From: Antedon mediterranea
Taxonomy: Eukaryota; Animalia; Echinodermata
Assembly: GCF_964355755.1 (NCBI RefSeq)
Contig: NC_092672.1
Span: forward strand, 20,411,237-20,475,236
DNA length: 64,000 bases
Direction of reading: 5' to 3'
Below are positions 1 to 12,957 of the stretch, in pieces. The notes under the pieces are model-generated. The model was given only the letters and a program-made list of their open reading frames with translations, had not been told where the DNA came from and did not search any database. The first letter of the stretch is position 1, and the number at the start of each line of letters is the position of its first letter. A program made the translations under genes and the position numbers.

Positions 1-260
1 ACCCCATTACACAACTTCAATTAATTTTGTATGTACTTTGTATTAATCTGAGATTGTGAATAAAGTTATATATATTATATATATGTTTTATAAAGAGAAA
101 AAAACACATCAGAAAATGTTTATAATGCGAGTGGCAGCAATGGCAAATCTTCTTTATCAAAAGTTCAAAGAACTGCTGGTAAGATGTTTTATGAATATAA
201 AGTATGTAATTGTCTTTGTTGGTTAGCATAACAAACTTCATTCTTATTTTTGCTTTTCAG

Positions 261-296
261 AGGAAGCCAATGAAGCCAACAAAGTAGATAGCATTG
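261..296 (+). CDS. 36-nt phase 1-1 micro-exon of death-fold gene copy 1 (xEANEANKVDSI)
   Basis: Acceptor tgcttttcag, donor G|gtaa; phase fits the next exon at 562. Confidence 0.5.
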
Positions 297-561
297 GTAA
301 ACAACATTATTTTGTTTTATTTAAGAAAGATATTTCTATTATAAAAACTATGCACACAATTTATTTTATTTGCAATTACACACGCCTCAGTGTCTTTGTC
401 TTTTTATTGTTTAATACTTAAACAGTCCCATTCAGTATTATTTCTATGGAAAAGTGATATTATAGTCATTTTAAATGATTATGATTTTAACAACAATTAT
501 GCTAATTATACTGAATTTATATCATTTATATTGGAAACTTGTTTTTTTTTTAACCGTATAG

Positions 562-1079
562 ATTTGTCAGAGGATAATTTCAAACAGTTGATTGCTGACT
601 TTGCAAAATGGTTTGATGATCGTGGTCTCCTTAAAAGGCTACAAGTTCTATTCATAGAAATAGTAGATGACATCGAAGAGGTGAAAAGGGTTACCAGTAC
701 AATCGAACTGTTAGCTCTTTTAACTGCAAATGGACAATTGAGTCAAACAAATCTTTCTGTCCTGTATGATGCCATAAAAGTAACAGAACAATTTGGCTTT
801 CAGTCAGTAATTAATGAAAAGCTACCTGCTTTCAAAAATATCAAGAAGCGTAAGGTAGCATCATTTTCACTACGCACAAGAGAGATTTTTAATCTTGGAA
901 AACGTCTTAGTGATTCAGAGGTAAAAACTCTTGATGCACGAAACAACTTCCCTGTCCTTAAGAAGTATACAGACAGCTGGAGTTTGATTTTGGACTTTGA
1001 AACCCGTGGGTTGCTGAATGAGGACAAAATAGAAGAGGTTAAGAAGGTGTTAAAAAGATCAAATAGAGGTGACGTTTAA
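562..1079 (+). CDS. Terminal exon encoding two tandem death-effector-like (DED) domains, copy 1
   Basis: Acceptor AG at 560-561. DLSEDNFKQLIADF...LLALLTANGQLSQTNLSVLYDAI and REIFNLGKRLSDSEVKTL...LILDFETRGLLNEDKIEEVKKVL resemble DED helical patterns. A paralogous copy lies at 3442. Confidence 0.6.
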
Positions 1080-1136
1080 ATTTCACCATTGGTGCAAATG
1101 ATATATAAACAATGAACTGTAATAATACAAACAATA

Positions 1137-1750
1137 ATGAAACTATTAGGGAATACTTTACATACCTGTCATAAAACAGCTTATGAGCTTTGATGAAACT
1201 ATTAGGGAATACTTTACATACCTGTCATAATACAGCTTATGAGCTTTGATGAAACTATTGGGGAATACTTTACATACCTGTCATTATACAGCTTATGAGG
1301 TTTGATGAAACTATTAGGGAATACTTTACATACCTGTCATAATACAGCTTATGAGCTTAGATGAAACTATTAGGGAATACTTTACATACCTGTCATAATA
1401 CAGCTTATGAGCTTTGATGAAACTATTAGGGAATACTTTACATACCTGTCATAATACAGCTTATGAGCTTTGATGAAACTATTAGGGAATACTTTACATA
1501 CCTGTCATAATACAGCTTATGAGCTTTGATGAAACTATTGGGGAATACTTTACATACCTGTCATAATACAGCTTGTGATTTTGATGAAACTATTAGGGAA
1601 TACTTTACATACCTGTCATAATACAGCTTATGAGCTTTGATGAAACTATTGAGGAATACTTTACATACCTGTCCTAATACAGCTTGTGAGCTTTGATGAA
1701 ACTATTAGGGAATACTTTACATACCTGTCATAATACAGCTTATAAGCTTT
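1137..1750. repeat. 56-bp tandem repeat, ~11 copies
   Basis: Unit gatgaaactattagggaatactttacatacctgtcataatacagcttatgagcttt; period 56 (1191 to 1247). Confidence 0.95.
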
Positions 1751-2353
1751 AAAGCCACTCATTTAATGAATGGTTTTTCCCATCAAAGTTATCTGTCCAA
1801 TTATAAAATAAATATCATGACAAAAAGCATAATAATAATAGCAAGCTACGTAATACATTATACATGTAGAAATCAGAAATCATAATTAATAATAATAATT
1901 TTGAAAGTTATGAACATACATACAACTACTTTATTTTACACTACTGTAGTTCATATCTTTCAAAATTATCATGTTTATTATAGTATTAGTACTGTTAGGT
2001 GTACCAGGAAAGAGATAATCTCACTTTTCCCTGTTAATAATAGTAGCAACAATGCTATTAATTAACTATCTATAATATTGTGTGTTTTGTTTTATTTAGC
2101 TTCTACTTTAAACATAAACATTACCGTTAACTTGAAACTGTTGATAGCAATAATAACAATGATAGTAGCAATTTTAGCAGTGATTCTTCGCTACTACAGC
2201 CCTTGAAACAAAGAAATATGTACAAAGGTATTTTGATATTAATTATTATATGAATACTTAATATTACTGTAGAAATAATCACTATTTTACGTGATTTACT
2301 AAGATTGTCATTTAGCAATCTTTAGATAAACAAGACATTTTAAAAAGTGACTG

Positions 2354-2557
2354 CAGGCCTTTTCTTTTAAGGCGAGCGAGAGTGATCACTCACCTAACAC
2401 ACTCCTAAACTGCCCTTGAGGAGTGCGATTTACATCACGCCTAAATTTGGTAAACTTCTACACACCAAAGTACAAGAAGCACACCTACATCACCCCTGAA
2501 TGTATTGAGGAGTGCAATTTGTAGCACACTTACAATTTTGAAAAGACAAAAGGCCTG
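2354..2557. mobile_element. ~200-bp MITE
   Basis: TIR caggccttt...aaaggcctg flanked by direct repeat tgactg (2348-2353 and 2558-2563). Confidence 0.6.
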
Positions 2558-3029
2558 TGACTGTGTGTATCTATAATTAACATGCCTCTGGTAACTGAAA
2601 CAGAATGGTCCCTTTCTCCAAATTCATCACCAAACAATCTAATATATTTTTACTGGCCATACAAATGCCTCTAATCAGCAATCACATGCAATATTAAAGT
2701 GTATGTTTCAGGGGGACAATGACAAATTTACGTTATAATATGATGAAACTGTGCAATAGGTAGTCTACACTGTTGTAAGGATGCATACATATATTTTTTA
2801 TATTTAGTGGGTTATGTTCACTTTTATTTTGCAATCTGGTCAGCTATCTTGTAATTCTTGAATTATACATGATTTCTGCCTTTTTTCCTAATATGAAAAA
2901 ATTATTCTTACTGCCAATACAAATAGAATGTTACATTCCAAAAATGTTGCTTAATTTCAGCACTTTATTGTTTGAAGAAAAACAACCCAAATGTGTCAAA
3001 ATCAAGTCAATTAAAACATATTTTTACAG

Positions 3030-3289
3030 GATGCTTAACAGACTTGGACTCGGAAAATTTCTAAGAAGATGACAGATTGGAAGAATTTTTGTAGGCATCT
3101 TGGGTATTGCTGATGTTGAGCTATCACAAACTGAGAGGAGGTTTTCAGCACTGACTGTAGAAGCAACGATGGAATCACTGATACAATGTAAGCAAGGAAG
3201 AGATGTTAACCAACGAGAGGAAGTAATAAAAGCCTTAAGAGCAGTTGAGAGAATGGATATTGTAGAATTACTAAAGCAATCAGGACAAG
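3030..3289 (+). pseudogene. Death-domain exon with frameshifts (death-fold gene copy 2)
   Basis: Acceptor tttttacag, donor G|gtgggt. Reads KISKKMTDWKNFCRHL / GIADVELSQTE...EATMESLIQCKQG...EVIKALRAVERMDIVELL (death-domain pattern) only across frameshifts near 3050 and 3100. Confidence 0.65.
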
Positions 3290-3441
3290 GTGGGTATCTT
3301 TATTTAACATTTTTACAGAAAATACATTTTATGCAGTCTCAAAAAGAAAGTTACAATTTAAATTTTTTAAGAATTTAATTTTGCTAATTATACTAAATTT
3401 ATTTCATAATATTGGAAACTTGCTTTTCTTCAACCATGTAG

Positions 3442-3957
3442 ATTTCTCGGAAGATAATTTTAAACAGTTGATTGCAGACTTTTCACAGTGGTTTGATGAT
3501 CGTGGTCTCCTTAACAGACTACAAGTTCTATGCATAGAAATAGTAGATGACATTCAAGAGTTGAAAAGGGTTACCAGTACAATAAAACTGTTAGCTCTTT
3601 TAACTGCATATGAACAATTGAGTCAAACAAATCTTTCTGTCCTGTATGATGCAATAAAAGTAACGGAACAATTTGGCTTTCAGTCGGTCATTAAAGAAAA
3701 GCTTCCTGCTTTCAAAAATATCAAGAAGCGTAAGGTAGCATCATTTTCACCACGCACAAGAGAGATCTTTAATCTTGGAAAAAGTCTTAGTGATTCAGAG
3801 ATAAAAACTCTTGATGGACGATACAACTTCCCGTCTTAAAGGAGTATACAGACAGCTGGAGTTTGATTTTGGACTTTGAAACCCGTGGGTTGCTGAATGA
3901 GGCCAAAATAGAAGAGGTTAAAGAGGTGTTAAAAAGATGAAATGGAGCAGACGTTTA
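3442..3957 (+). pseudogene. Tandem-DED exon copy 2, frameshifted near 3830
   Basis: High identity to 562-1079; cccgtcttaaag versus ccctgtccttaag shifts the frame. A partial repeat of the death-domain exon end follows at ~3970-4030. Confidence 0.7.
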
Positions 3958-5499
3958 GATTTCACCATTTCAACAAGAGGAAGTAATAAAAGCCTTGAGA
4001 GCAGTTGAGAGAATGGATGTAGACTTACTAGAAACATTGAGAACAGTGGACCGTAACTCAGTTCAACAAATAAACAATTTGTATTAACAATAGGAGATAC
4101 ATAGTTAATAAAGGACAATAAAGAAGATCTATTGAAACAATGTTTTTAAAAGTTCCAGATCTTTAAACTATGTTTTAATAGAGCAAAGTAATAGAACATA
4201 GGTCATGTACCTGTAGACCGGGCGCCCGGAAGATTTATTCATGTGAAAAGATACAAAAGGTTTGATGATGTAGTTAGGTGCGTATTAGGGCGAGATGCAA
4301 TATTCGACATTGCTGCCGGGTCACAGCCTGTACATAGGGCCTGTGAGGATCATAAAATAGGGGGGTAAAAATGCATTTATTTATGTGAAGCGATACAAGG
4401 ATAAACTTTTTTGGATATCATTCGCAGTGGGCTACTAATGATAACATCACCAATGACAGCAACTTTATCCTGTACGGGGCGCCAAACATCAGCATTTTAG
4501 GGCCACGCCCAAATGGGTTTAATTATGTGAAGTGATACAAGGTTGAATCTTTTTTTAATGGCAGCAGTATATATTGGGGATGTCAAAAACACCAATGACA
4601 GCAACTTTATCCTGTACATAAGCTCAGACAGCAGCCCTAAAGGTCCGCAGTTTCCCCTTATTCGGCTATATACTCGGCGCGTATGTCGTCTAATGGCGTT
4701 CAGCTGAGTTAGAAATACGTGATACGGACTCGGACTGACAATAAATACACAGTAGAATGCTAAAACAATAAAGAAAGAGAGCAGTTGTTTCCTGTACCAA
4801 ATCATCAAACAACAAACTCTTAGGAACTCGCCCAAAATGGGTTTATCCATGAAGTGTGTAATCATTTTTGAAAAAAATGTGTTTTTTTTTCACTTTATCC
4901 GGTACACGTACAGCAGCTCAAATGCCCGAGGCTCCATTCGTGATTAACAATGCTGATGATACAAACACATTCACGATAACGTGTGACTTTTATTTTATAA
5001 TTAAAGTATATCTTTATTTTGAAATAATAAATAACACCAACAAAAACACTTAAAATAACCAACAGCAGATTTGTATTTTAGGGTAACATTTTGAACACTC
5101 AATATTATATCAAAATCATTATTTCGATCAAAATAATATAATTTAAGAATATTTTTCAGAAAAACTAAATAATTACACTCATAATGATCGACACCGGTAC
5201 CGATTTTTGTACATTATTATTAAAACTCGATTTAAATATTGTTTTAATTACACACTAGACACTAGTGATATGTCTATATGAAAAAAGGCAACGAAATCTA
5301 AATGTGCAACATTTTTTAACATAACATAACATAAAAGTAAAGTAAATAATAGTACGAATTCAACATAATCACTTAGAGAATTGGTAAGGTATAGATTAGA
5401 CTATCGATTGCACACTATTAATGTATTTTTAACTCAATTTAAATTTAAAAAAGTAACAGTTTTCATGTGAATTAGACTGATAAAAACCAACAAATAACT

Positions 5500-6300
5500 T
5501 AATCTGCCAACATTTTAAACATCGTTACTTGTCCATAATGGATCGACTGCTGTATCGATTACTGCACATTGTTTTACTTTAACTGAAACAAAGTCAAATT
5601 TGTAATTGTTACTGTACTAACATTAGACAGTGATATCTGATAAAAGGCAACATTAATAATTATTAATAATACTGAACCAAATTAAATATCGTTACTTATC
5701 CACAATGGATCGACTACTGTATTGATTATTGCACATTATTTACTAACTAACATAAGAAAGTGATATCTGATAAAACGCAACAAACTGAATCAAATTAAAT
5801 ATCGTTACTTATCCATAATGGATCGACTACTGTATTGATTACTGCACATTATTTTATTATAACTGCCCTAGTCAAATATAAAATTGTTACTGTACTAACA
5901 TTAGACAGTGATATCTGATAAAATGCAACATACTCAGGACAAAATTAAATATCGTTACTTATCCATAATGGATCGACTACTGTATCGATTATTGCACATT
6001 ATTTTACTATAACTGCCCAAGTCAAATATAAAATTGTTACTGTACTAACATTATACAGTGATATCTGATAAAATGCATATTCAGGACCAAATTAAATATC
6101 TTTACTTATCCATAATGGATCGACTACTGTATCGATTATTGCACATTATTTTACTATAACTGCCTAAGTCAAATTTAAAATTGTTACTGTACTAACATTA
6201 TACAGTGATATCTGATAAAAGGCAACATTAATAATACTGGACAAAATTAAATATCATTACTTATCCACAATGGATCGACTACTGTATTGATTATTGCACT
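5500..6300. repeat. ~120-175-bp tandem subrepeats inside the Academ left TIR (mirrored at ~14730-15370)
   Basis: Recurrent block aaatatcgttacttatccataatggatcgactactgtatcgattattgcacatt, ~6 copies. Confidence 0.85.
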
Positions 6301-6569
6301 GAACCCAGTTCGAATATTTTACATGCAGTGTAACTACCGACACTGTAAAAGCACAATTGAGTAAAGACATCGAGGTTACTGGCTGTATGCATTAAATACT
6401 ATTTATTTGTATAATATTGTACATTCATCATATTCCATTGTTACTAGCTAAACAGAATACACGATATAATAAAACCAATAGGGGCTATTGGATTTCTTTT
6501 TACATGATTTGTGACAGCGTCATTTATAAATTTGATTATAATCACACTGTAATGATACTGGATTCTTCT

Positions 6570-9500
6570 TGCCAACTATCTATGGATCAAATAGTTCAGT
6601 ATTTACATTTGATATATTACACAGTCACGAGGCCACTATGAACGTCATAACAAGGCTCGTCACCATCGACACTTTGAACACCAGCAAAACCCTCGTTTCA
6701 ACAACAACAACAGACACGACTATGGTTTACAGGACTACAGCCCTGCCCAGGATCGTCAAGCATAGGGACGCGCAAGCAACAATACAGCGGGAATAACTAT
6801 GAAAAACAGTTTTGGGGGACTTACAGATGAACTTAATAATTCAATAACTGATTTACAGATAGAAACTGATAAAATAAACTCTGATTATAGCTCAAATAAT
6901 GCAAGTGATTCTAAAAGAAGAAAACACAGACGACGTGGAAAGAAATATGGTAGATAAAAAACAAGCAAGTGTAGTAATATTAAAATAGTATTTAATAATA
7001 TCAATAGGTTAACGTCTGTTAGACTCAATGAGATTGCTCATTTAATCAAAGAGAATAATATTCAGGTTTTTGGCGTTGCAGAAACCTTTCTAACTAATGA
7101 TAATAATATTAATATAGATGGTTATAATTGGTTTGGTAAATGTAGAAAACACAAGCGAGGAGGGGGTGTAGGTGCCTTTGTTGCGAAAGATATCACTATT
7201 TTAGATGACAATGTTTTTAATTGTAAATCCGATGAATACGAAAGAATTTGGGTAAAAGTGTGTTTTGATTCAAACACACCAGTGTATATATCGGTAGTAT
7301 ATTATCCTGTTAATGGAGTTGACAGTGAGAAATCAGATGAATTGACTAATCAATTATTATCAGAAGTTATCCAATTAGAAAATAATGCAGAAAATCATGA
7401 GCCTCTCATTCTGATAATGGGGGACTTTAATGGTAGAATTGGTCATGAAATTGCTAATGGTGATCCACAGGTTAATAGTAATGGTAAGCGCTTACTACAA
7501 TTTAAGGATGATTCAAATATGTTTATTTTAAACTGTAGTCCTTTATGTGAAGGGGTGGTTACTTGGTGCAAGGGTAATCAGAAAAGCACCATTGATTACA
7601 TACTTTGTTCTCAAATTATGTTGAATAATGTAGTAAAGTTCATTGTTGATGAAGACAGAAAGCTAGGCACAGGAAGTGATCACAATAGCCTTTTTTTAGA
7701 ATTAGATACTACCCTAATCACTCCTGTCAATCATCATTCTTATGCTAATCATGTATGGAATACTGCAGGTATTCAGGATTTTATTAAGTATCAAGAAAAT
7801 ATTGAAAACAACTTTTCCAACTGGAATGCTGATGGCTTTAATAATGTTGATAACTTGTGGGAATCCTGGAAATCTATTGTTGTTTCTTCAGCTAAGGATG
7901 GTATTGGTATTAAGAAATTAAGTAAAAAACGTAAACATTGGTTTGATAATGAATTTCAAAAAGCAATAGCAGAACGAAGAGAGGCTGCTCGTGCTCATAG
8001 ACGCTCAGTTAAATTAGATCCCAATTGTGCTCACACAGATAATCTGTGGCAATATTATCAAGAAAGAAGGATACATGCCAAAAAAGTTATATCTAAGAAA
8101 ATTACTGAAACTAGGGTAAATAAATCGGCAGAGATTGCTAATAAAGGAGGACCATCCTGTAGGGACTTTTGGAACATATTAAAAGGGTCTAATGACAAAC
8201 ATAGTAAATCAGGCATTAATTGTGTAAAAATCCCAGAATCAGATGAAACTACTTGTGATAAAGGAAAAATACTTTATTTTGTTAAAGAGTATTGGGAGAA
8301 CTTAGGTAAGGCTAATAACGATTATGATTGTTTTACTTATTTAACGAAGCGGGCGGTTGATGAGATACGTTCTAATACATTAGGTAATGATAACGATGAC
8401 GAAAATTTACTATGTGACATTAATATAGACCTTGATATAATCATTGAGGCACTTGCAATCGCTAAAAATAATAAAGCTCCGGGAGTTGATGGAATAACCA
8501 ATGAGCTTTTAAAAAATGGTGGAGACGCTTTAGCGGCATCACTCGTTTGTTTATTTAATAAAATTATCAAATTAGAAACAATTCCAAGTGAGTGGAATAT
8601 GAGTATCGTTGTACCAATATTTAAAAAAGGAGATCGTAAAGACCTAAATAATTATAGAGGCATCTCATTAACATCTTGTGTTTCCAAAATATTTAATAGA
8701 GTAATCTCAATGTATATATCTTGCTTTGTTGAAAAAGAAAATGTACTTTCGGAAGTCCAGGGAGGCTTTAGAGCCTATCACCGTTGTGAAGATCACATCT
8801 TTACATTGAAAAGCATTTTATCTTGTCGTTCAATTGAAGGTAAAACTACACATCTAGCTTTCCTAGACTTCCGAAAAGCATTTGATAGTGTATGGCGTGA
8901 TGGTCTCCTAAAATGTGCCTGGGATACGGGAGTTAGAGGGAAAATTTGGAAAATAATAAGCTCACTATATGACAATGTTAAAGCAAAAGTAAAAGTGGGG
9001 GAAAGCATGACTAATGAGTTTAATATCCACAAAGTATTTATTAATGAATTTGTTAAACTTCTTCGTGAAAGCAACTTCGGGGTAAGAATGAATGGTGTCT
9101 GGATGGGAGGGCTCTTCTGGGCTGATGATGTTATATTGATTGCTAATAATGAAAGGGAAATGACTGAAATGTTAGAAATTGCCAATATATTCGCCAAAGA
9201 ATGGAAAATTGGTTTTAATCATGAAAAATCAAATGTCATGGTTGTTGGAAAACGCATAAATAAAGATAAAGAGTGGAAATTAGGTGAAAAATCGATAAAA
9301 GAAGTAAATAGTTATAAATATTTAGGGGTCTATATTTCCTCAAACATGAGTGAACATTCACATTATGAACATGTTATCCAAAAGGGCAACCGGCTTATAG
9401 CTTATATCAAAGGTATCATAGCTAACCTTGATGACTTTAACCGGGTGTACTATGGAAACATACTGTGGAAAACCATTGCAATTCCTTCAATAAATTATGC

Positions 9501-10795
9501 TTGTAGCATTTGGTATAATAAATCCAAGAAGGATAACGAAGACCTAGAGAAAGTGCAATTGCAAATGGCCCGCTTTCTTCTCAAAGCTCCACGGTATACT
9601 CCAAAAGAGGCACTCTATGGTGACCTTGGGTGGGTTCCATTATCCAAGTTACACAAACTGTCCAGAGTTAAATTATTTAATCGTTTTATAACTATGGATG
9701 ACCACAGGTGGCCTAATATTGTACTTAATTCTATGCTACAATTGAAATGTGACTTTGATCGTTTAAAATATAAATTTCTTAGTAGTTGTGTTGACATATT
9801 TGAAAAATGTACAGATATAGGCTTTTACAACAATGTTTTTGATAATGATAGTTTAACTCTTGTTCCTTTCTCAGTTAGCAATGTCGAGCGATGTTTGTCA
9901 GAATCATATAAATCAGAGTGGTCAAATAATATAATGCAAAAAACCTCATTAAATTTATACTCAAAATTGAAACCTTTCCCTAATTTAGAAAAATATTTAC
10001 TTGATAAAACACATTTTTATGAGACAAGTCTGAAATTTAAATTAAGATCTAACACTCTACCTTTAGATTGTAAAACTTATAAATGGTCCAATGATGTGTC
10101 CGGTCTTTGTACTTTATGTGGGAATCGCGAAATCGAAGACATTAAACATTTTTTATTAAACTGTAAAGCATTTGATAATATTAGAATGAAAGAATTATCC
10201 AATCTACAAAATAATCTTGTACTCTGTAATGATTATGACACATGGAATCGTTACACAACAGCAACTGCTGATGATAAATTACAGTATATTTTAGGTAGAG
10301 ATTCTATCGCGATTTGTAAAGAATCTGAGACCTTTTTTGATTTGTTTTGTAAACAATACTCAAGAGCTGCATGGGAGAAACGGTCAGAACTTAAATCTCC
10401 CAATATATAGATTGTTTTTCTTTTGTATTGTTGCTTTTTTATATTTGTATTTAGATTTGTAAATAGTATACACCTGTGATAACAACTATAGGTCATCAGT
10501 ACCTGATGTTGAAACACAATGGTTTGTAATGTAAACTCTTTACTATATTTTATGTTTATTTTGATATACCTCTTTATCAACTCAAACCTATGATACTGTA
10601 GGACAATTTAATACAGTACCTGTATACCATGTTGATAATGATTTTTCTTTTATATTTTTGCAAACAGTTTAAGAACCTGTATCCGTCATATAATGTATTG
10701 TTTTGATGTATTATGTTAAATTGGATGCACCACTATTGTGTGTGCCACCGATGCAAAGGTGTCATTTCCTAATAAATTATTATTATTATTTTTAT
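6570..10795 (+). mobile_element. Non-LTR retrotransposon (APE-RT-CCHC; RTE/RTEX-like), defective
   Basis: APE motifs (GVAETF, MGDFNGR, TIDYIL, GSDHN); RT (KAPGVDG, NYRGISL, FLDFRKAFDSV, FWADDV, YKYLG); C-terminal CTLC..EDIKHFLLNC; 3' aataaa plus (tat)n tail at ~10771-10795. The 5' boundary is approximate. Confidence 0.9.
6958..10410 (+). CDS. LINE ORF2 protein (endonuclease + reverse transcriptase + zinc knuckle)
   Basis: ORF track 7258-10410 (1050 aa); the frame stays open upstream to a TAA at 6955-6957 and includes the APE N-terminus (IKIVFNNINRL). The RT QG..SP block is missing near 9030. Confidence 0.85.
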   Translation, partial: KTSKCSNIKIVFNNINRLTSVRLNEIAHLIKENNIQVFGVAETFLTNDNNINIDGYNWFGKCRKHKRGGGVGAFVAKDITILDDNVFNCKSDEYERIWVKVCFDSNTPVYISVVYYPVNGVDSEKSDELTNQLLSEVIQLENNAENHEPLILIMGDFNGRIGHEIANGDPQVNSNGKRLLQFKDDSNMFILNCSPLCEGVVTWCKGNQKSTIDYILCSQIMLNNVVKFIVDEDRKLGTGSDHNSLFLELDTTLITPVNHHSYANHVWNTAGIQDFIKYQENIENNFSNWNADGFNNVDNLWESWKSIVVSSAKDGIGIKKLSKKRKHWFDNEFQKAIAERREAARAHRRSVKLDPNCAHTDNLWQYYQERRIHAKKVISKKITETRVNKSAEIANKGGPSCRDFWNILKGSNDKHSKSGINCVKIPESDETTCDKGKILYFVKEYWENLGKANNDYDCFTYLTKRAVDEIRSNTLGNDNDDENLLCDINIDLDIIIEALAIAKNNKAPGVDGITNELLKNGGDALAASLVCLFNKIIKLETIPSEWNMSIVVPIFKKGDRKDLNNYRGISLTSCVSKIFNRVISMYISCFVEKENVLSEVQGGFRAYHRCEDHIFTLKSILSCRSIEGKTTHLAFLDFRKAFDSVWRDGLLKCAWDTGVRGKIWKIISSLYDNVKAKVKVGESMTNEFNIHKVFINEFVKLLRESNFGVRMNGVWMGGLFWADDVILIANNEREMTEMLEIANIFAKEWKIGFNHEKSNVMVVGKRINKDKEWKLGEKSIKEVNSYKYLGVYISSNMSEHSHYEHVIQKGNRLIAYIKGIIANLDDFNRVYYGNILWKTIAIPSINYACSIWYNKSKKDNEDLEKVQLQMARFLLKAPRYTPKEALYGDLGWVPLSKLHKLSRVKLFNRFITMDDHRWPNIVLNSMLQLKCDFDRLKYKFLSSCVDIFEKCTDIGFYNNVFDNDSLTLVPFSVSNVERCLSESYKSEWSNNIMQKTSLNLYSKLKPFPNLEKYLLDKTHFYETSLKFKLRSNTLPLDCKTYKWSNDVSGLCTLCGNREIEDIKHFLLNCKAFDNIRMKELSNLQNNLVLCNDYDTWNRYTTATADDKLQYILGRDSIAICKESETFFDLFCKQYSRAAWEKRSELKSPNI

Positions 10796-10844
10796 ACAAT
10801 ATTTACTTCAAAACTCTCAAATGTTTTATGTAAACGATTAAAAA

Positions 10845-11450
10845 CTATTCGTCATCATCACAGTAACTTTCACTGTCATCACTCCAAGGTTGGTCATCAT
10901 CGATTTCAGCTTCAAAATCTATTATTTTAAGTTCTTCATCATAACTTTGTTCCAATATTCCTGCATAAGTATCGTCAAGAACTGTGTTTGATTCAGCACT
11001 TTGTTCCGAGTGTGGATCACTAGTCAACGTATCTGGTAGAGCATTTCCTTCAAACCATTTAGGTACATACCTTCCATCACCATTATCAACCCATCATAGT
11101 TTAATGGGTGTAGGTTTTGTGTTGGCTGAGGAGTATGAGCGTGTCTCCACATAATAGATATACATAATTTGCCCTCAACAGATGCTGGGTGATTGTGATT
11201 TCACATGGTGGCAATGACGAACAGTTGATCTTCTTGAATTTCTTCTTTCCAGTTGTCATTTTGCGAAGCGATTGGTACCTGGCCTCATTAATACTGTTCA
11301 TGCTTTTAAACCCATATATCTTGCATACATAGGCAGTGACTGCGGATTTTTCCATCCTGTCACCACAAAGCGATCGCAATGCAGCAACATGTTTCTTGTC
11401 CTTCACTAAATAATATGTAAATGGGATTGACTTGCCTTTGCGGTAAAATC
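10845..11450 (-). pseudogene. Academ transposase C-terminal remnant
   Basis: FYRKGK...YVCKIYG...INEARY...LPPCEITITQHLLRANYV, then after frameshifts NY(G)W...YVPKWFEG..LP and an acidic tail. This matches the LPP-H-RA-Y...GW pattern of Academ-type transposases. Confidence 0.75.
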
Positions 11451-12392
11451 CAGTATCATTACAGTGTGATATAATCAAATTTATAAATGACGCTGTCACA
11501 AATCATGTAAAAAGAAATCCAATAGCCCCTATTAGTCCAAGAGCATCCATTAGTTCATAAGTATAGGCAGACCCGGAAATTTCTGGTAACAAGCTAATTT
11601 TTTCAGGAAAGGTCGAGAACTATGATTGGAACATCATACTAAAAGTCCCGAAAAATCCTTCTTGTGCTCTCCGAGAAATCCAAGATGGCGTCCAAAATGG
11701 CTGCCATTTTAAATTGGTCTATAACTTTGTAACCGCTTGTCGTAGAGTATCAATTTTGGTGTCAAATAGTTCACAATATATACATTCCTATTTGCTCTAA
11801 CAGAAAATTTTGTCAAAAAATGGCCGCTACTACAGTTTCTGGCAGTTTGACTTTTGACCTGGTCTTATCATATCTCGGTAATGGCTTGTCATAGAGAATT
11901 AAGATTAGGCCCAAATTGTTCAGAACACGCATATTTTTATTTGGTGTAATGAAATATTTTATCCCAAAATGACCTGAAGTGAGGTTATTGACCTCTTATT
12001 GACCTATTCATATCTCTTTACCGTATCTCAAGAAATATTTGTCGTAGAGCATTACTTTTAGTGTCATATTGTTTGGAACATATACATTTCTATTTAGTCT
12101 AATACAACAGTTTGCCCTCAACTGCTCGGAAGTAAGTTAATTTATTGAAAACTTTAAAAATCAAAGAAGGATATTAATAATGTAGGTAAAATAAAAATCA
12201 AAGTTTTAACTCTGCCTTAAAACATGTTTTGGGCATCATCAGGTAAAGCGCATTGTTACAAAAAGAAAATATAAAGTCAATAAATTACAAAGAATAACTG
12301 TCAGTGGCTAATCAAAGTTGGTTAATTAAGTAAACAAAAGACAATTGGCAAATACCTATGTACACAGCACATATCCGACCATTTATATGCAA

Positions 12393-12770
12393 CTTTGAGT
12401 TGCGTGCAAACGCGACTCTATTGCTCACTATGTCGGTCGGTAAACACTAACTCATATTCATATATTTTCGTTATTTTGACACTGGATATTAATACTTGTA
12501 GGCAAATATAAATGTTTTTAAACATTTTAACATTTTTAAACTTTTTCAGCAATTTCGGTCGGTTGGTCAGTCGGTAAACACTAACTCATATTCATATTTT
12601 TTCGTTATTTTGACACTGGATATTATTTAATACTTGGAGGAAAATATAAATGTTTTTAAAAATGTGAACATTTTAAAACATTTTCAGCAATTTCGGTCAG
12701 TTGGTCGGTCGGTCAGTAAACAATAACTCAAATTTACGCACGCGACTGCAGCCATGTATATGACCTTGTT
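12393..12770 (+). mobile_element. HINE/pearl-like non-autonomous Helentron-type element
   Basis: 5' subTIR agttgcgtg with short IR, (cggt)n microsatellite, two ~135-bp core repeats, 3' subTIR cacgcgact, ends ...ccttgtt. Confidence 0.6.
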
Positions 12771-12957
12771 GACTTTGTAAAAATAATGCATTTTGAAACA
12801 TTCCTTGCTTTAAATGTTCGTTGTATGGCTTATTTATGATAAAAAGAGAATATACCCTAGGTATTTCACGTCAAACGCTCTTTACTCGGCATGCATAGAC
12901 TTTCTTTTCCAGATTCAGATTTTATTTGGTCCTTGCTGAAATCTATGAAAAATAGAT

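Noticed and set aside
1137-1750. CRISPR-like regular repeats (also 35142-35683, 36024-36562, 58000-58635)
   Set aside because: Units are contiguous with no unique spacers, there are no cas genes, and the context is eukaryotic introns or intergenic DNA.
4497-4865. 122-aa ORF mirrored at 16071-16382
   Set aside because: It lies within the TIR subrepeats, has no recognisable motif, and is duplicated only because of the inverted repeat.
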